This document shows positions 33,434 to 43,123 of a stretch of 64,000 nt of DNA, one piece after another. Positions within the stretch are counted from its first letter, which is position 1. The number at the start of each line of letters is the position of its first letter. Position numbers and translations under genes: made by a program. The stretch spans positions 608,001 through 672,000 of the forward strand of contig CP084166.1 of assembly GCA_021513695.1 (NCBI GenBank), written 5' to 3'. Origin of the DNA: Candidatus Heimdallarchaeum aukensis. Lineage in GTDB: Archaea > Asgardarchaeota > Heimdallarchaeia > Heimdallarchaeales > Heimdallarchaeaceae. The notes beneath the pieces were generated by a model that was not told the DNA's origin, did no database searches, and was given only the letters and a program-made list of their open reading frames with translations.

Positions 33434-36400
33434 TCATTTTTTTATTTCTAAATAGCCTAAATTGTAAAGAATTTGGAGATAAGATAGAGTTTTTCCTCTT
33501 TCTATGTCATCTTCAATTTTATTAATTAACTCTTCAATGAGGAAAAAGTCATTTTTATTCAGATATTTTTCTAGTTGTTTTTCTAAATACTTGCTTTGCT
33601 TAATTTTTTTAGAATCTCTAACTTTTATGGGGTTCTTCATCCATAAGTAAAGAAATGAGTTACATTTTTCTATAATTTCCTCCTTTTTACCATTAAATAC
33701 AGATGGATCCCCATTCCAACCTTCCGCATAGCTGTGAAAATTAGCTTCAAACCAAAGAATAATTGATTGAATGCTTAAATCTATGTCTAAAGTAATATCA
33801 GTTTCTGAAAACACATAAATCACAAAATGATCAGTTCGTGCGCTAGTCACTACAAAATTTTGATATTGAATCTTTCTTATATCTCCGGAACCTTTCTCTG
33901 TTAATTCATTTCCTATTGAAGAAATTGCTTGAAAGAAGCCTGATATAAGTGTTGAATCTCTTTGGAAGTCTGAACCCAAATCCACTTCAAAAATAGAAAT
34001 GGATGTTTCTTGATGGACAATTATTATCTTTTTTATTGAGTTAATCTTTAAATAATCATTATATGTAGAAATGTAAAATTCATTTGCTTTTCTTTTCCTA
34101 ATAACAAGCAAATAGAAAATTAGGAAAGCAATAGAAGAGGTTAGAATTGGTAAAATTATAAATAATAACATTTTTACTAAAAATAAATATGGATCTTTCC
34201 CATTTGGTGAATTAGGATTTGTAGGAGAGGGGGGAGATGTAGGAGTAACAGGATTAACAATTAGTTTAAAACCTAAAGTGATTTCAGAAGAGGAGGTATT
34301 AAGTTTAAAGTTTTCTTTTGTAATTTCTAAATCTAGAGAAAAGTTCCCTGATTGTATTCCTAATTTTGAGATATTTAAGGAAATATTTGTGTATTCATCA
34401 GTATTGATTACATTATAATATTCTGATAAGACTGTAATTCCATTCATTTTAATCTTTATATTTTCGCTAAATATAGGAATGATATTTTTATCATTGTCAG
34501 TTTCATTTGTAATCCTAAATGAAATATTTGCTATCAAATTCTGTTCTAATACAAACTCATTTTCTAAAGGATATAAGAGAGAGAAACCCATTTTGAAAAA
34601 GATTCTTAAGTAAATTGTCTTTGATTGATTATGATAATAAGAACTATTAAAAATAATGTCTATTGACTGAATTCCTACAGGAGAACTCAGAGAAACATTG
34701 GTGAAATAATAGTCTCCTAAATAAGAAAATTCTCCATTCGTCTTCCAGCTTGTATTAAACAGAATCTTTTCATTACTGATATATGTGAAAGAATAATTTG
34801 AATTCAGATTAGAAAGAGAGTAAATCCAACTTCTTATTGATAATTTCTCTCCACTAAATCGTTCCACAAGTGTTTCATTTGTCCAATTATCAGAAAAAGA
34901 TTCTACTTGCCATATAGTTTCAAGTCTTGCATAAGCTTTAACCTCTACACTTTTAGTTAGAAAACCAACTTCAGTCCCATTTTTCCAGTAAACAAAGATA
35001 GTCCATTCTCCAGGTGTATCAGAATTTTCAAATGAAGGATCGAGAGTAATATTTGTATAGAATTGATTATTCGATGAATCTAAACTACCAATAGTTGTAT
35101 AGCTAGAATTGTCAATATATTTTAATAAAGAAGAGATATTTGCTTTTATTGGGCTAATTTCTCCGTTTGGATTAAATAATGTAAAATTGATTATTCCAGA
35201 GCTTTCATTGTTTAACAAACTAGTGGAAAGATCTAGTTTAGAACCTTCATAACCATAAAAGTAATTATCTCCTTTTATCCAATATCCGAGATTGATTTCA
35301 TTTTGATCACTAGAAAAAACAGTAAGGCTGGTAACATAGTTAGGACTAGTTGTTTGTAAAGTAAAGTTACAAGCTTCTAAAGAATTATTAAGTTGAAGTC
35401 TATAGATATTATTTAATTTTAAGGTTGAGAGAGAGAAAGTTTTATTCATAACAGTTCGAGCATCATTAACAGACCAATCTTCTTGTGAAAAAATATCGAT
35501 TACTCTCTCGAATAGGAAGTAGGAAGTCACATTTGCTGAAGGCAGTTCCCAAAATATTTCCCAGTTAATTTCTCTTTCAGTAGTTTCATTACTTACACTA
35601 TAGAAAGAAATAGCATCCATGTCTCTGTAAAAAAGATAAGTGTTATTTATCTCTAAAATAATTGAAGTATTTGCTGTGACTACTTGAACACCAGAATTAG
35701 AAAGAGGGCTATTAAAAGATAAAATTTGTTCTCCATTAACTTGTAAATATAGTTCAAGAGGATTATTGAATAAAAGGTTATTTCCATTTTCGTCTGTTGG
35801 ACATATATCCACTATCAAAGACAAATCAAAAGAAGCTACAAATGGTTGCCAACCTCCGCTTTCTTCAAAATAAAAAGTTTTTCCATCATCAGAAGCCTTT
35901 CTTCCTCTCCAGATGAAAGAACTATCGCTACTATTGTCTATAATTGATAAATTAGCAACTAAAAAATATTGGCCTTTCTCTAATACTGTGGGGTTAAATT
36001 CATAATATGAAAAACTTCCTCCTAATAAGTTGTAATTTGATTCATTAAAAGGATTAGACAAAGCTTCAGTAAGAATATGATTCATATCAGGATATCCTGT
36101 CTGATTAGCCTTAACAACAAATAGATCAAGAGAATTATTTCCTAATCCTGTACCATAATCTACTTCTAAACTTATATTTATTCCATAAAACATTGCGTGA
36201 TCCCAAAAAATTTCAAATTCTTGAGCAAGCCCTATATAATCGAAATAAGAGATTGTACCATCAGTTTTCAAGTCGTCTCCCTCTATTACGTAGAAGTCTC
36301 TAATCCCTTCTATTTTTTCAATCATTAGTGTTAGGTCTTCATTAGGAAAATCGGATATTGGTTCGATAACAAAACTATTAGATCGTGAATTAGCTAAATC

Positions 36401-36667
36401 TAAAGTAAGATTCTCATATTGAGAAGTGATTATTGTGTCATAAACTGACAAATTTTTGCCTTTATCTGAAATAGAATTTATCTGAATATTATTTATAAAG
36501 ACAAGGTTTTCATCTATGTTTGTGGGTGAATAGTCTGTTTTGGGAGTAAAATTATTTTCTTTCATCTTTGAATTGAAAAAGTTTCCTTTTAAGGTAGAAA
36601 AAGGTAAAAGTATGGCAATAATAAAGAACACAATAAATAATACTTTTTTCCTTTTTACACCTTGCAA
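33434..36667 (-). CDS. Giant surface protein (signal anchor, ~800-aa N-glycosylation-sequon-rich ectodomain, Pro-rich stalk, TM) with cytoplasmic longin-like module
   Basis: N-terminal anchor VLFIVFFIIAILLPF. Dozens of N-x-S/T sequons. Stalk PVTPTSPPSPTNPNSPNG. TM LLFIILPILTSSIAFLIFYLLVI followed by RKRK (positive-inside). The cytoplasmic tail is IIIVHQETSISIFEVDL..STLISGFFQAISSIGNEL..IRKIQYQNFVVTSARTDHFVIYVF. Confidence 0.85.
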   Translation of the reverse strand: MQGVKRKKVLFIVFFIIAILLPFSTLKGNFFNSKMKENNFTPKTDYSPTNIDENLVFINNIQINSISDKGKNLSVYDTIITSQYENLTLDLANSRSNSFVIEPISDFPNEDLTLMIEKIEGIRDFYVIEGDDLKTDGTISYFDYIGLAQEFEIFWDHAMFYGINISLEVDYGTGLGNNSLDLFVVKANQTGYPDMNHILTEALSNPFNESNYNLLGGSFSYYEFNPTVLEKGQYFLVANLSIIDNSSDSSFIWRGRKASDDGKTFYFEESGGWQPFVASFDLSLIVDICPTDENGNNLLFNNPLELYLQVNGEQILSFNSPLSNSGVQVVTANTSIILEINNTYLFYRDMDAISFYSVSNETTEREINWEIFWELPSANVTSYFLFERVIDIFSQEDWSVNDARTVMNKTFSLSTLKLNNIYRLQLNNSLEACNFTLQTTSPNYVTSLTVFSSDQNEINLGYWIKGDNYFYGYEGSKLDLSTSLLNNESSGIINFTLFNPNGEISPIKANISSLLKYIDNSSYTTIGSLDSSNNQFYTNITLDPSFENSDTPGEWTIFVYWKNGTEVGFLTKSVEVKAYARLETIWQVESFSDNWTNETLVERFSGEKLSIRSWIYSLSNLNSNYSFTYISNEKILFNTSWKTNGEFSYLGDYYFTNVSLSSPVGIQSIDIIFNSSYYHNQSKTIYLRIFFKMGFSLLYPLENEFVLEQNLIANISFRITNETDNDKNIIPIFSENIKIKMNGITVLSEYYNVINTDEYTNISLNISKLGIQSGNFSLDLEITKENFKLNTSSSEITLGFKLIVNPVTPTSPPSPTNPNSPNGKDPYLFLVKMLLFIILPILTSSIAFLIFYLLVIRKRKANEFYISTYNDYLKINSIKKIIIVHQETSISIFEVDLGSDFQRDSTLISGFFQAISSIGNELTEKGSGDIRKIQYQNFVVTSARTDHFVIYVFSETDITLDIDLSIQSIILWFEANFHSYAEGWNGDPSVFNGKKEEIIEKCNSFLYLWMKNPIKVRDSKKIKQSKYLEKQLEKYLNKNDFFLIEELINKIEDDIERGKTLSYLQILYNLGYLEIKK
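33719..34033 (-). other. Longin-like domain, copy 3 (cytoplasmic tail of surface protein)
   Basis: It has the same strand-strand-helix(SGF-x-x-AI)-strand-strand-strand layout as copies 1 and 2. Confidence 0.45.
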
Positions 36668-36811
36668 TAAGAAGTCCTCTTTCTAATTTTATTGAGAGTT
36701 TTTTTTTCATTTTACTTAAATATTTTGTATAAATTAAAGTAATTAAAATTCTCTTTAAATAAAAAAAAGCAAAAAGAAAAAACATGATTAAGAAAGAAGT
36801 AAAAAATGAAT

Positions 36812-37975
36812 TCACAATAACCTTTCTTTTAATCTAAAAATAGCTTCTTCTAATGTCTCAATTTTTTGCGAGAAAGAAAATCTAACATAGTTACAGACTA
36901 TATTTTCATCATTTTCGGTGTGATAAAAACTTGAGCCTGGAACTACAGCAACACCTTTGTTTTTTACTAAGAAATCAGCAAAATCTGTGTCTCTCGTTTT
37001 AAAATTACTAATATCTGAAAACATATAATATGCGCCTTTAGGAATAATGGTTTTGAAACCTAGCTCATTTAATGATTTACTCAAGTAGTCTCTATTTTTT
37101 TGATATCTTTTTACTAGTTGGGAGAAATAGTCATCTTTAAGATCAAATGCTTTAATAGCAGCTTCTTGTAAAATTGAAGGAGCACAAACAGTCAGATAAT
37201 CGTGAACTTTTCTTATTCCTTTCATTAGTTTCTTTTCTGCAGCTACATAACCTATTCTCCATCCTGTAATTGAAAAAGTCTTACTAAAACCACTTATTGT
37301 TATTGTTCTTTCCTCCATCCCGGGAATACTTCCGAGACTTATGTGTTTTTCACCATCGTAGATGATATATTCGTAAATTTCATCTGTAATGGCGATAATA
37401 TCGTTATCTATACAAATGTCTGCAATAAGTTTCATTTCTTTAGAAGAAAATACTTTTCCTGAAGGATTATGGGGAGAATTGACAATTATAGCTTTAGTTT
37501 TTTTAGTTATTTCTTCTTTTAGTTTCTCTTCATCTATCGAAAAATCTTCTTGTTTCAATTGAACATATTTAGGTACTCCTTCTGCAATGTGTGTAATAGG
37601 AGTATAATTTTCGTACCAAGGTTCAAAAATAATCACTTCATCTGCAGGATTAAGAATAGAAAGAATACTACTACTTATTCCTTCACTAGCCCCACAACAA
37701 ACTGTTATTTCATCTTCGGGATCAACCTCTATTCCATTGTATCCTCTCAATTTTTCACTGATTTTCTCTCTTAAATTATAATTACCATAAGTTATAGAAT
37801 ACTGATGTTCTTTTTTTTCAATAGCTTCTATTATACCTTCAATAAGCTCTTGAGGGGGTTCAAAATCAGGCATGCCTTGAGAGAGGTTAATTGCTTGGTT
37901 GACTATAGCCTTTCTAGTCATTTCACGGATAGTGCTCTCTTCAAAACCTTCAAGTTTTTTGGCAAATTTAAGCAT
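36812..37975 (-). CDS. Aminotransferase class I/II (KAT/YbdL methionine-aminotransferase-like subfamily)
   Basis: INLSQGMPDFEPP (subfamily N-terminal motif), NSPHNPSG, ITDEIYE, SGFSKTFSITGWRIGY (PLP lysine), and RFSF near the C-terminus. Confidence 0.88.
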   Translation of the reverse strand: MLKFAKKLEGFEESTIREMTRKAIVNQAINLSQGMPDFEPPQELIEGIIEAIEKKEHQYSITYGNYNLREKISEKLRGYNGIEVDPEDEITVCCGASEGISSSILSILNPADEVIIFEPWYENYTPITHIAEGVPKYVQLKQEDFSIDEEKLKEEITKKTKAIIVNSPHNPSGKVFSSKEMKLIADICIDNDIIAITDEIYEYIIYDGEKHISLGSIPGMEERTITISGFSKTFSITGWRIGYVAAEKKLMKGIRKVHDYLTVCAPSILQEAAIKAFDLKDDYFSQLVKRYQKNRDYLSKSLNELGFKTIIPKGAYYMFSDISNFKTRDTDFADFLVKNKGVAVVPGSSFYHTENDENIVCNYVRFSFSQKIETLEEAIFRLKERLL

Positions 37976-38047
37976 GAACTCTTTTAGTGCTAATTTATTA
38001 AAACTCTTTTCTTAGTTTTTAAAAAGTAATAGTAATAGTAAAAAAGT

Positions 38048-38953
38048 TCAGTCAGTAATGGTAATAAACTCAATTTTCTCAATATTTAGGAATCCAAGTT
38101 GAGATAATTCATTTACAATTGTGATAAAATCCTCAAAAGATATATTTTTTGCTAATTTCTGTTGATATACATCAAGTAAGGTTTTATGTTGATTACCAAT
38201 ACAATGAGTGATTATTTTTTCATAATTTGAAAAATTCTTAAAAGTTAATGTATCAATGATATTGTTCCATTGTCTTCTAAAAACAGAATAAAATTTCAGT
38301 GTTGAATGAGGATAAGCACTTTTAGCATGAAGTATTAAATCTAATTCTAAAATTTCATCAGTTGAAGGATTTTTTTCTAAATTGGGGTCTAAATATAAGA
38401 TTAGGTAAGAAAGCATTTCTTCATCTAGAAGAATAATTGCTTCCAAGATTGAAGCTAGTTTAGATAACCATTCTTTAGCTCTCTCTAATTCTATTTGTTT
38501 ATTTATTTGAGCTTTAATATCAATGTAACCAAGTTCTGAATTTGATTCTACTTCTACACCTTGACTTCCATCTAAAACAAATTTCGATTGTCTTAATCTA
38601 TCATTTATTTCAATTGTTTTTAGGTTCTTTCCTTTAAAACTCTTTAATTTAGAAATTTTTTTAGTAGAGAGATCAACTTTTTGTGGAGTTGGAATATTAA
38701 AAGAGGTTATTTGTTCAGTTCTTGCATCAGTGCCTAGTTTAACTGGAACTTGTGATCTTACAGTCAGACTTTTATCAACATATAAAATAATAGCATTTAA
38801 TTTTGAATCAGCACAGTTGTGCAAGTCTACATATTCTGTATATCCTTTAGAATCTACCTCAGAATGAAGAGTAGGATCAACGTAAATTACTCTTGTTTTT
38901 CGGCAGAGGTTGCACTCATATTCAATTTTTACTTTTTTATTATGAATAGTCAA
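38048..38953 (-). CDS. Hypothetical protein (possible N-terminal CxxC...HxC metal site, C-terminal winged-helix-like end)
   Basis: Long ORF with normal composition. Has CNLC-x27-HNC. No family recognised. Confidence 0.55.
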   Translation of the reverse strand: MTIHNKKVKIEYECNLCRKTRVIYVDPTLHSEVDSKGYTEYVDLHNCADSKLNAIILYVDKSLTVRSQVPVKLGTDARTEQITSFNIPTPQKVDLSTKKISKLKSFKGKNLKTIEINDRLRQSKFVLDGSQGVEVESNSELGYIDIKAQINKQIELERAKEWLSKLASILEAIILLDEEMLSYLILYLDPNLEKNPSTDEILELDLILHAKSAYPHSTLKFYSVFRRQWNNIIDTLTFKNFSNYEKIITHCIGNQHKTLLDVYQQKLAKNISFEDFITIVNELSQLGFLNIEKIEFITITD

Positions 38954-39051
38954 ATATATCCAAACCCCAGTGTATATTAAATCTATCTTTCAAAAAGATT
39001 TTATAAATCTTACTAGAGATTCTGAAAGTCCTAACGTGTAACTTTTTTCAA

Positions 39052-39930
39052 CTATAATTTACGAACAGTATTTTTTGTTATCTTTTCTTCTATGAAATTT
39101 ACAAGCAATTTTTCTAACTCTTTTCTTTTTTTTGCCAAAACAAAAACTCCGTTTCCTAGCATTATCTGACCTACATATAATTCAGAATAATCTTTGGATT
39201 GTTCTACTATCTCTTTTACTTTTGCTGTTTCCAAACCACATTTTTCAGTAAAGAATTGTATGTTCTTGGCAAAGACTGAAACAGAAGGATTTGCATATAA
39301 TTTGGACAGAACTTTTTTTCCAGCATTGATAATATTTTTCTTTTTTTCAGCATTTCGTATTATATCTTTAGTTTTTAGAGGACCAAAAGCTTTAGTAGCA
39401 ATAATATATTTCTCATCTTCAATCAAAGGTTCTGTTATTCCTATTCCCGGAGCTCCTTCTTTTCTTCGTAGCTCCCACCCAGCTTGATAAAGACCTATTA
39501 TATCTCCCAACCCTCCTCCTTCTTCTACTTCTGCAATGTGAGCTATCTGGAATATTTTTTCTTTAGATAAACCTAGATCGAAGAAATCATTTAAACAAAA
39601 AGATAAACTTAAAGCTCCTGCTGCACTTGCTCCAAATCCAGAAGAAAGGGGAACTTCAAAGGTATGAAACACATTTATATCTAGAAACTGTTTTTCTACT
39701 TTTAATAACTTGGCGAACTGAGTAAGTACATTTTCACTTACTTTTGCATCTTTTTTTTCAACTTCATCAAAATAAACATGATTTCCATCTTCTGAATGCT
39801 CAACTTCAGTTATTATTCCACGATTTATTGAAAAACCTGCTCCCTTCGACCCTACATATAAAGGGTTAGTTTGTTCATCACATATTTCAAATATTCCCGT
39901 AATATGTCCAGCTACCCAGTATTTTACCAA
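39052..39930 (-). CDS. Pantoate kinase (archaeal CoA pathway, GHMP kinase family)
   Basis: GHMP motif II PLSSGFGASAAGALSLS and an N-terminal AGHITGIF as I recall for COG1829 pantoate kinases. The ~290-aa size fits. It lies immediately downstream of, and co-oriented with, ketopantoate reductase. Confidence 0.65.
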   Translation of the reverse strand: MVKYWVAGHITGIFEICDEQTNPLYVGSKGAGFSINRGIITEVEHSEDGNHVYFDEVEKKDAKVSENVLTQFAKLLKVEKQFLDINVFHTFEVPLSSGFGASAAGALSLSFCLNDFFDLGLSKEKIFQIAHIAEVEEGGGLGDIIGLYQAGWELRRKEGAPGIGITEPLIEDEKYIIATKAFGPLKTKDIIRNAEKKKNIINAGKKVLSKLYANPSVSVFAKNIQFFTEKCGLETAKVKEIVEQSKDYSELYVGQIMLGNGVFVLAKKRKELEKLLVNFIEEKITKNTVRKL

Positions 39931-39969
39931 ATCCTATCAGTCCCTAATTATTGTATTTTCTTTAATTGC

Positions 39970-40977
39970 TTATAATTTTACTACCGATTGAATAGCCTTC
40001 AATTCTATAGTTGCTTGTTCTCTTGTTGTTTTCTTCGATTCCAGCTCAATTATTAAGTTTACTAAATAGTTATTCAGAGGTAAAGTTAATCCTAGATTTT
40101 GTCCTAAACGAATTATTGCCCCATTTATACTATCAATCTCTGTTTTTACCCCCTTATTGATATCTTGAAGCATACTGCAATAGTTTGCAGAAGTTACATT
40201 AATTACTTCAAGAACTTTCTTGTAAGCTTCTTCGAAAGATATTTCAACAAATTCTTGTGCGACAGGAAGAATCTCTTTTATTAACCCTTTAACAACCTTT
40301 AACAAAAATTCATTTTCTTTTATTTTTCCATTTCTAATTCCTAAAATTGCTCCAATGGGGTTTATACATGAATTAACAATAGCTTTCATCCATACATCTT
40401 TTTGGATATTTTTTGATATTTCACATTCTAACCCTGATTTGCTTAATATCTCTTTCCAAAGAAGTATATTTGTTTGATCAGAATGATTAACAGGTCCAAT
40501 AAAAGTTTGACCTTTGGCTGTTTCTTCAATTATATTACCATCTTTTCTGTTTGAACCTATAGAAGAAACGGCTCTAGTAATTTTCCATTTAGGATTAGCT
40601 TTAACGTAAAATTTTTCATTTTCTAGTCCATTTTGAAAAATAAGAATAGAAGCATTTTCTAACAATACTTCTGCTAAATATGGAGCAAGAATTTTATTAT
40701 TATAACTTTTTGTGGCTACAATACACTTTGAAATTTTTCCTTTAAACTTTTCAGGCAAATTAGAAAAAACAGTAGGATAATAACGTTTTGGTGCAATGTT
40801 TTCTGATAGTTTCACTGATATTCCTTTTTCTAGTGCAAGTTGAGTTCCTCTTTCTGAAGTTAGACTAATACATTTGAAAATACCTAAAGAATCAATCCGT
40901 ACATAAAGAACGCTTCCGATTGCTCCAAGTCCTGCAACTAAAAGTAAAGGTTTGTTACTCACAGATATATAATTCAA
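39970..40977 (-). CDS. panE: 2-dehydropantoate 2-reductase (ketopantoate reductase)
   Basis: N-terminal Rossmann motif VAGLGAIGS, then FQNGLENE, VWMKAIVNSCINPIGAI, and SMLQDINKGVKTEIDSINGAI. These are all hallmark PanE/ApbA segments. Confidence 0.85.
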   Translation of the reverse strand: MNYISVSNKPLLLVAGLGAIGSVLYVRIDSLGIFKCISLTSERGTQLALEKGISVKLSENIAPKRYYPTVFSNLPEKFKGKISKCIVATKSYNNKILAPYLAEVLLENASILIFQNGLENEKFYVKANPKWKITRAVSSIGSNRKDGNIIEETAKGQTFIGPVNHSDQTNILLWKEILSKSGLECEISKNIQKDVWMKAIVNSCINPIGAILGIRNGKIKENEFLLKVVKGLIKEILPVAQEFVEISFEEAYKKVLEVINVTSANYCSMLQDINKGVKTEIDSINGAIIRLGQNLGLTLPLNNYLVNLIIELESKKTTREQATIELKAIQSVVKL

Positions 40978-41023
40978 TACATAATAAAAAATTTTTATTT
41001 AGATACTAAATATTAGTGAGAGA

Positions 41024-43123
41024 ATGAGTAATACTGACAAAAAAATAGAGATTTTTAATAATCTTTTTTTAAAAATCAAAAAACAGATAATAGATAACCA
41101 GAGCAGTTCTAAACTTAAATTTGATGAAAGAGAAGTATTACTCAACTCATTTATTGTCTCAATAAAAACTCTTCTTATCAAAGAAATGTTTCTTAAGGAA
41201 GAAAAAGTTGAGATAGAAAAAAAAATTAATTTGAATTACTTTTTCATAGAATTAGATAATATCTTTAGAGAAATATTTACCGATGGCTCTTTCCGAAAAG
41301 CTGATTTAGAAATCATTAGAGAAAAATCAATACAACAACTGATTTTACAATACTTAGAAAGCAAAGACTCGATAATTATTGATTTAGCAGGAAAGGATTT
41401 ATTCTCTCAAATATATGAAACTGCCCTCAACAAAAATGAAAAAGATCAACTAGGCTTATTTTATACTCCTGAAATTATCGTTAATTATATCCTAAATTTA
41501 GTAAATTATAAGACTGATTCAGAAATTGTAAACAAAAAGATACTTGATCCAAGCTGTGGTTCAGGAAGTTTTCTAGTCAAATCTGTAAATAGGTTATTAC
41601 AAGCGTTAAAGAAAGAAAATTTAGAAGAAAGTGAAATTCTATACAAGATAAGAAATGCTGTTTTTGGTATAGACATTGATCCTATAGCTGTTTTTCTTTC
41701 TAAAACTAATATCCTATTCCAGATTTTTCCTTTATTTATCACCCTCTACAAAAAAAGAACTTTGACACAATTTCCTCCTTTGCATGTTTATTGTTTTGAT
41801 TCTCTAAACAAAAAAAGTAGAAATAAAGATACAACTTCTTTTAAGATTATTAATAGAGAAAAAGAGTTTACCTCAGGTTTTGATTTTATTGTTGGAAATC
41901 CTCCTTATATTGAATCTAAAAAAATGGATATTGAAACAAAGAAAAAATGTATAGAGAACTTTCCTGAAATTTGTAAAGGAGCTTTTGATATATACATCTG
42001 TTTTATTCAACTTGGTTTAGACTTACTTAGTGTAAATGGAAAGTTAGGTTTTATTATTCCAAACAAATTTCTTTCTGCTAACTATTCTAAAGCACTAAGA
42101 AAGAAGATTATCTATGAATTTGACATTCTACATCTAGTAGACCTTTCTTCTTCAAATATTTTTAAAAATGCAAGTGTTTATCCTATAATTATTTCAATTA
42201 AAAAAAGGAAATCTAAATCCGAAGGCATAAAAAATAACTTTTTGATAAGTAAAGTAGAAGGACAAATTACGAATATTGAGGAAATCAAAGGAATACCAAT
42301 AAATCAATCTTTTTTCAAAAAAACTGTTAATAACTTTATTTTTTCTTTTCCAAATGATTTAGACGAAGCAGAACTTGTAAAACGTTTAATTATGACTAGC
42401 CCTTTTAAACTTGGAGAATTCCTTAAGATTAGCTGGTCAGTTTCTTTCCATAGAAAAGGATTAAGAGAACAATTTGTTTTTACTAAAAATGTTGATGGTA
42501 ACTTTAGAAAAATTTTAGGTGGAAAGAAGTTTGGAGGAAATTCTGAAGTCAAAAGATATTTGATACAATGGGATGGTCATTGGATTGACTACAATAGAGA
42601 AAAAGCAAAAAGACTGAATAATCCCTTTCCTCCATTAAGTTTATTTAACAATGAAAAAATAATCATCTGTCAAAATAGCAAAAGAATTCGAGCTGTTCTA
42701 GACAAAGAAGGTTTCATTTGCAAAGATATTTTCTTTGTAGCTAAAATTACTCCAAAGACGCTAAATACAAGTCTAAATTATGAAGTGATATTATCTGTAA
42801 TTAATAGTAAACTAATGAGCTATTTATACGATAGAATTTTTTCTAGTACTCACGTTTCAGGAAGATATTTACACTATTTACCAACTTATTTACATTCACT
42901 TCCTTTTCCTAAACTGTCTGAAATAGAAAAAAAACAGTTACATGAGCTCACGAAGAAAATAATGAAAAAAGAGATAACAGAAAAGGATTTTATTAAAATA
43001 GATAAAGAAATTGATAAGATAATTTACAATGCATTTGGATTAGAAAATCATGAAATAGAAATAGTAGAAAAATATGTTTCATCGTATATGTCTTTAAAAA
43101 AATTAAAGGATATAAGAAAATAA
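41024..43123 (+). CDS. N6-adenine DNA methyltransferase, Eco57I/TaqI-like (gamma class) with C-terminal target-recognition domain
   Basis: LGLFYTPEIIVNYIL (motif X), ILDPSCGSGSFLV (motif I), FGIDIDPIAV, FDFIVGNPPYI (motif IV, NPPY). I recognised no PD-(D/E)xK nuclease motif and there is no neighbouring restriction gene. Confidence 0.85.
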   Translation: MSNTDKKIEIFNNLFLKIKKQIIDNQSSSKLKFDEREVLLNSFIVSIKTLLIKEMFLKEEKVEIEKKINLNYFFIELDNIFREIFTDGSFRKADLEIIREKSIQQLILQYLESKDSIIIDLAGKDLFSQIYETALNKNEKDQLGLFYTPEIIVNYILNLVNYKTDSEIVNKKILDPSCGSGSFLVKSVNRLLQALKKENLEESEILYKIRNAVFGIDIDPIAVFLSKTNILFQIFPLFITLYKKRTLTQFPPLHVYCFDSLNKKSRNKDTTSFKIINREKEFTSGFDFIVGNPPYIESKKMDIETKKKCIENFPEICKGAFDIYICFIQLGLDLLSVNGKLGFIIPNKFLSANYSKALRKKIIYEFDILHLVDLSSSNIFKNASVYPIIISIKKRKSKSEGIKNNFLISKVEGQITNIEEIKGIPINQSFFKKTVNNFIFSFPNDLDEAELVKRLIMTSPFKLGEFLKISWSVSFHRKGLREQFVFTKNVDGNFRKILGGKKFGGNSEVKRYLIQWDGHWIDYNREKAKRLNNPFPPLSLFNNEKIIICQNSKRIRAVLDKEGFICKDIFFVAKITPKTLNTSLNYEVILSVINSKLMSYLYDRIFSSTHVSGRYLHYLPTYLHSLPFPKLSEIEKKQLHELTKKIMKKEITEKDFIKIDKEIDKIIYNAFGLENHEIEIVEKYVSSYMSLKKLKDIRK

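Noticed and set aside
36552-36815. 87-aa minus-strand ORF between the aminotransferase and the giant surface protein
   Set aside because: It overlaps the N-terminus of 33434..36667 in another frame and lies in promoter-like A/T-rich DNA. The translation is F/K/L-rich with no motifs.
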